Source: Spirochaetia bacterium | GTDB lineage: Bacteria; Spirochaetota; Spirochaetia; SZUA-6; Bin103 | Direction of reading: 5' to 3' | NCBI GenBank assembly: GCA_965208575.1 | Contig: CBDBOV010000006.1 | Span: 128,001-192,000, forward strand | Length of the DNA: 64,000 bases | Part shown: positions 63,349-64,000 of the stretch, piece by piece | Layout: every line of letters begins with the position of its first letter | How positions within the stretch are numbered: position 1 is the first letter of the stretch | Made by a program: the position numbers and the translations under genes | The notes under the pieces: model-generated | What the model was told of the DNA's origin: nothing | Databases searched by the model: none | The model's input: the letters and a program-made list of their open reading frames with translations, nothing else

Positions 63349-64000
63349 TCAGGGTGCGGGCACGATCACTTCGTCGCCGGCATTGAGGCCGCTCAGGATC
63401 TCCACCTCGTACAACGTCGTCTCGCCGACCTCTACCGGCACTTCCCGAGGTGCGCCGCCGTCCTTGCTCCGCACCCGGACCCGATAATTTCCCGAGCTGC
63501 CCTGCACGGCGGCCACCGGCACCAGCAGGACGGCGGGCTGATCCCGTACCACGACCGTGACAGTGGCCGACATGCCCAGCCGCAGCCGCGCAAGATGCTC
63601 GTCGCTGATGCGGTCGATGGCCGCGGTAATGTCGAACGTGGGCACGCCGCCGCCGCCCCCGGTCTGGGACTGCGATGAGATCCGCACGATCCTGCCCTCG
63701 AAAACGAGATCCGAAAACGCGTCGCCGCTGATCCTGACCGGCTGCCCCGCGTGCACCTTGACGACGTCCACTTCGTCGACACTGCCGGTGACGGAAAGAC
63801 CGCGCAGATCACCGATGCTCAGCAGGTAGCCGCCTTCACTCATGAACCGCCCCGCGGCAAGCGGCCCATCGGCTTCGTCCCCGGAGCGCTGGCCGTCTCC
63901 GAGGTGGAGGACGACTCCAGAGACCGGCGCGACGATCGTCGCGTTCTGCAACGCACTCTCCAGCTCCCGCATGGTGGTAGTCGCGGTCTCCAGCCGGAGC
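63349..64000 (-). CDS. Efflux periplasmic adaptor (MacA/HlyD-like), 5' partial
   Basis: IVAPVSGVV, VDEVDVVKV..GQ.V, LRLGMSA, VEILSGLNAGD. Confidence 0.88.
   Translation of the reverse strand, partial: LRLETATTTMRELESALQNATIVAPVSGVVLHLGDGQRSGDEADGPLAAGRFMSEGGYLLSIGDLRGLSVTGSVDEVDVVKVHAGQPVRISGDAFSDLVFEGRIVRISSQSQTGGGGGVPTFDITAAIDRISDEHLARLRLGMSATVTVVVRDQPAVLLVPVAAVQGSSGNYRVRVRSKDGGAPREVPVEVGETTLYEVEILSGLNAGDEVIVPAP

Overview
High-GC bacterial accessory region showing heavy recombination; the signal-peptide style suggests a Spirochaetaceae-like host (inference). The left 12 kb is an IS nest: an IS3 element with about 1 kb of passenger DNA is inserted into one of two divergent IS1634 copies, and these bracket a beta-propeller gene and an IetAS-like AAA-ATPase/S8-protease pair. 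Most of the rest is a tandem array of family-5 (Opp/Dpp-type) ABC importer modules (SBP plus two permeases; about 8 intact or decayed copies, but only one ATPase pair). Nearly every module is followed by a variable slot holding a toxin-antitoxin or defence-type gene: RHH, AAA-PD(D/E)XK, HTH-PIN, Rpn with an internal RpnS start, addiction-module/ParE, Phd/RelE, or Fic remnants. One module family carries a conserved ~520-nt leader with a sigma70-like promoter and a putative polyproline leader peptide encoded over a poly-C tract that varies in frame. Also present are two PhyH dioxygenases, a long DUF222-like/HNH nuclease with 72-bp repeats, Fic, an orphan MazE-like antitoxin, an AlbA_2/Schlafen-type protein, a Bdr/DUF1640-like repeat protein, a MacAB-like exporter and many internally deleted pseudogenes. 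No rRNA, tRNA or CRISPR array was seen.
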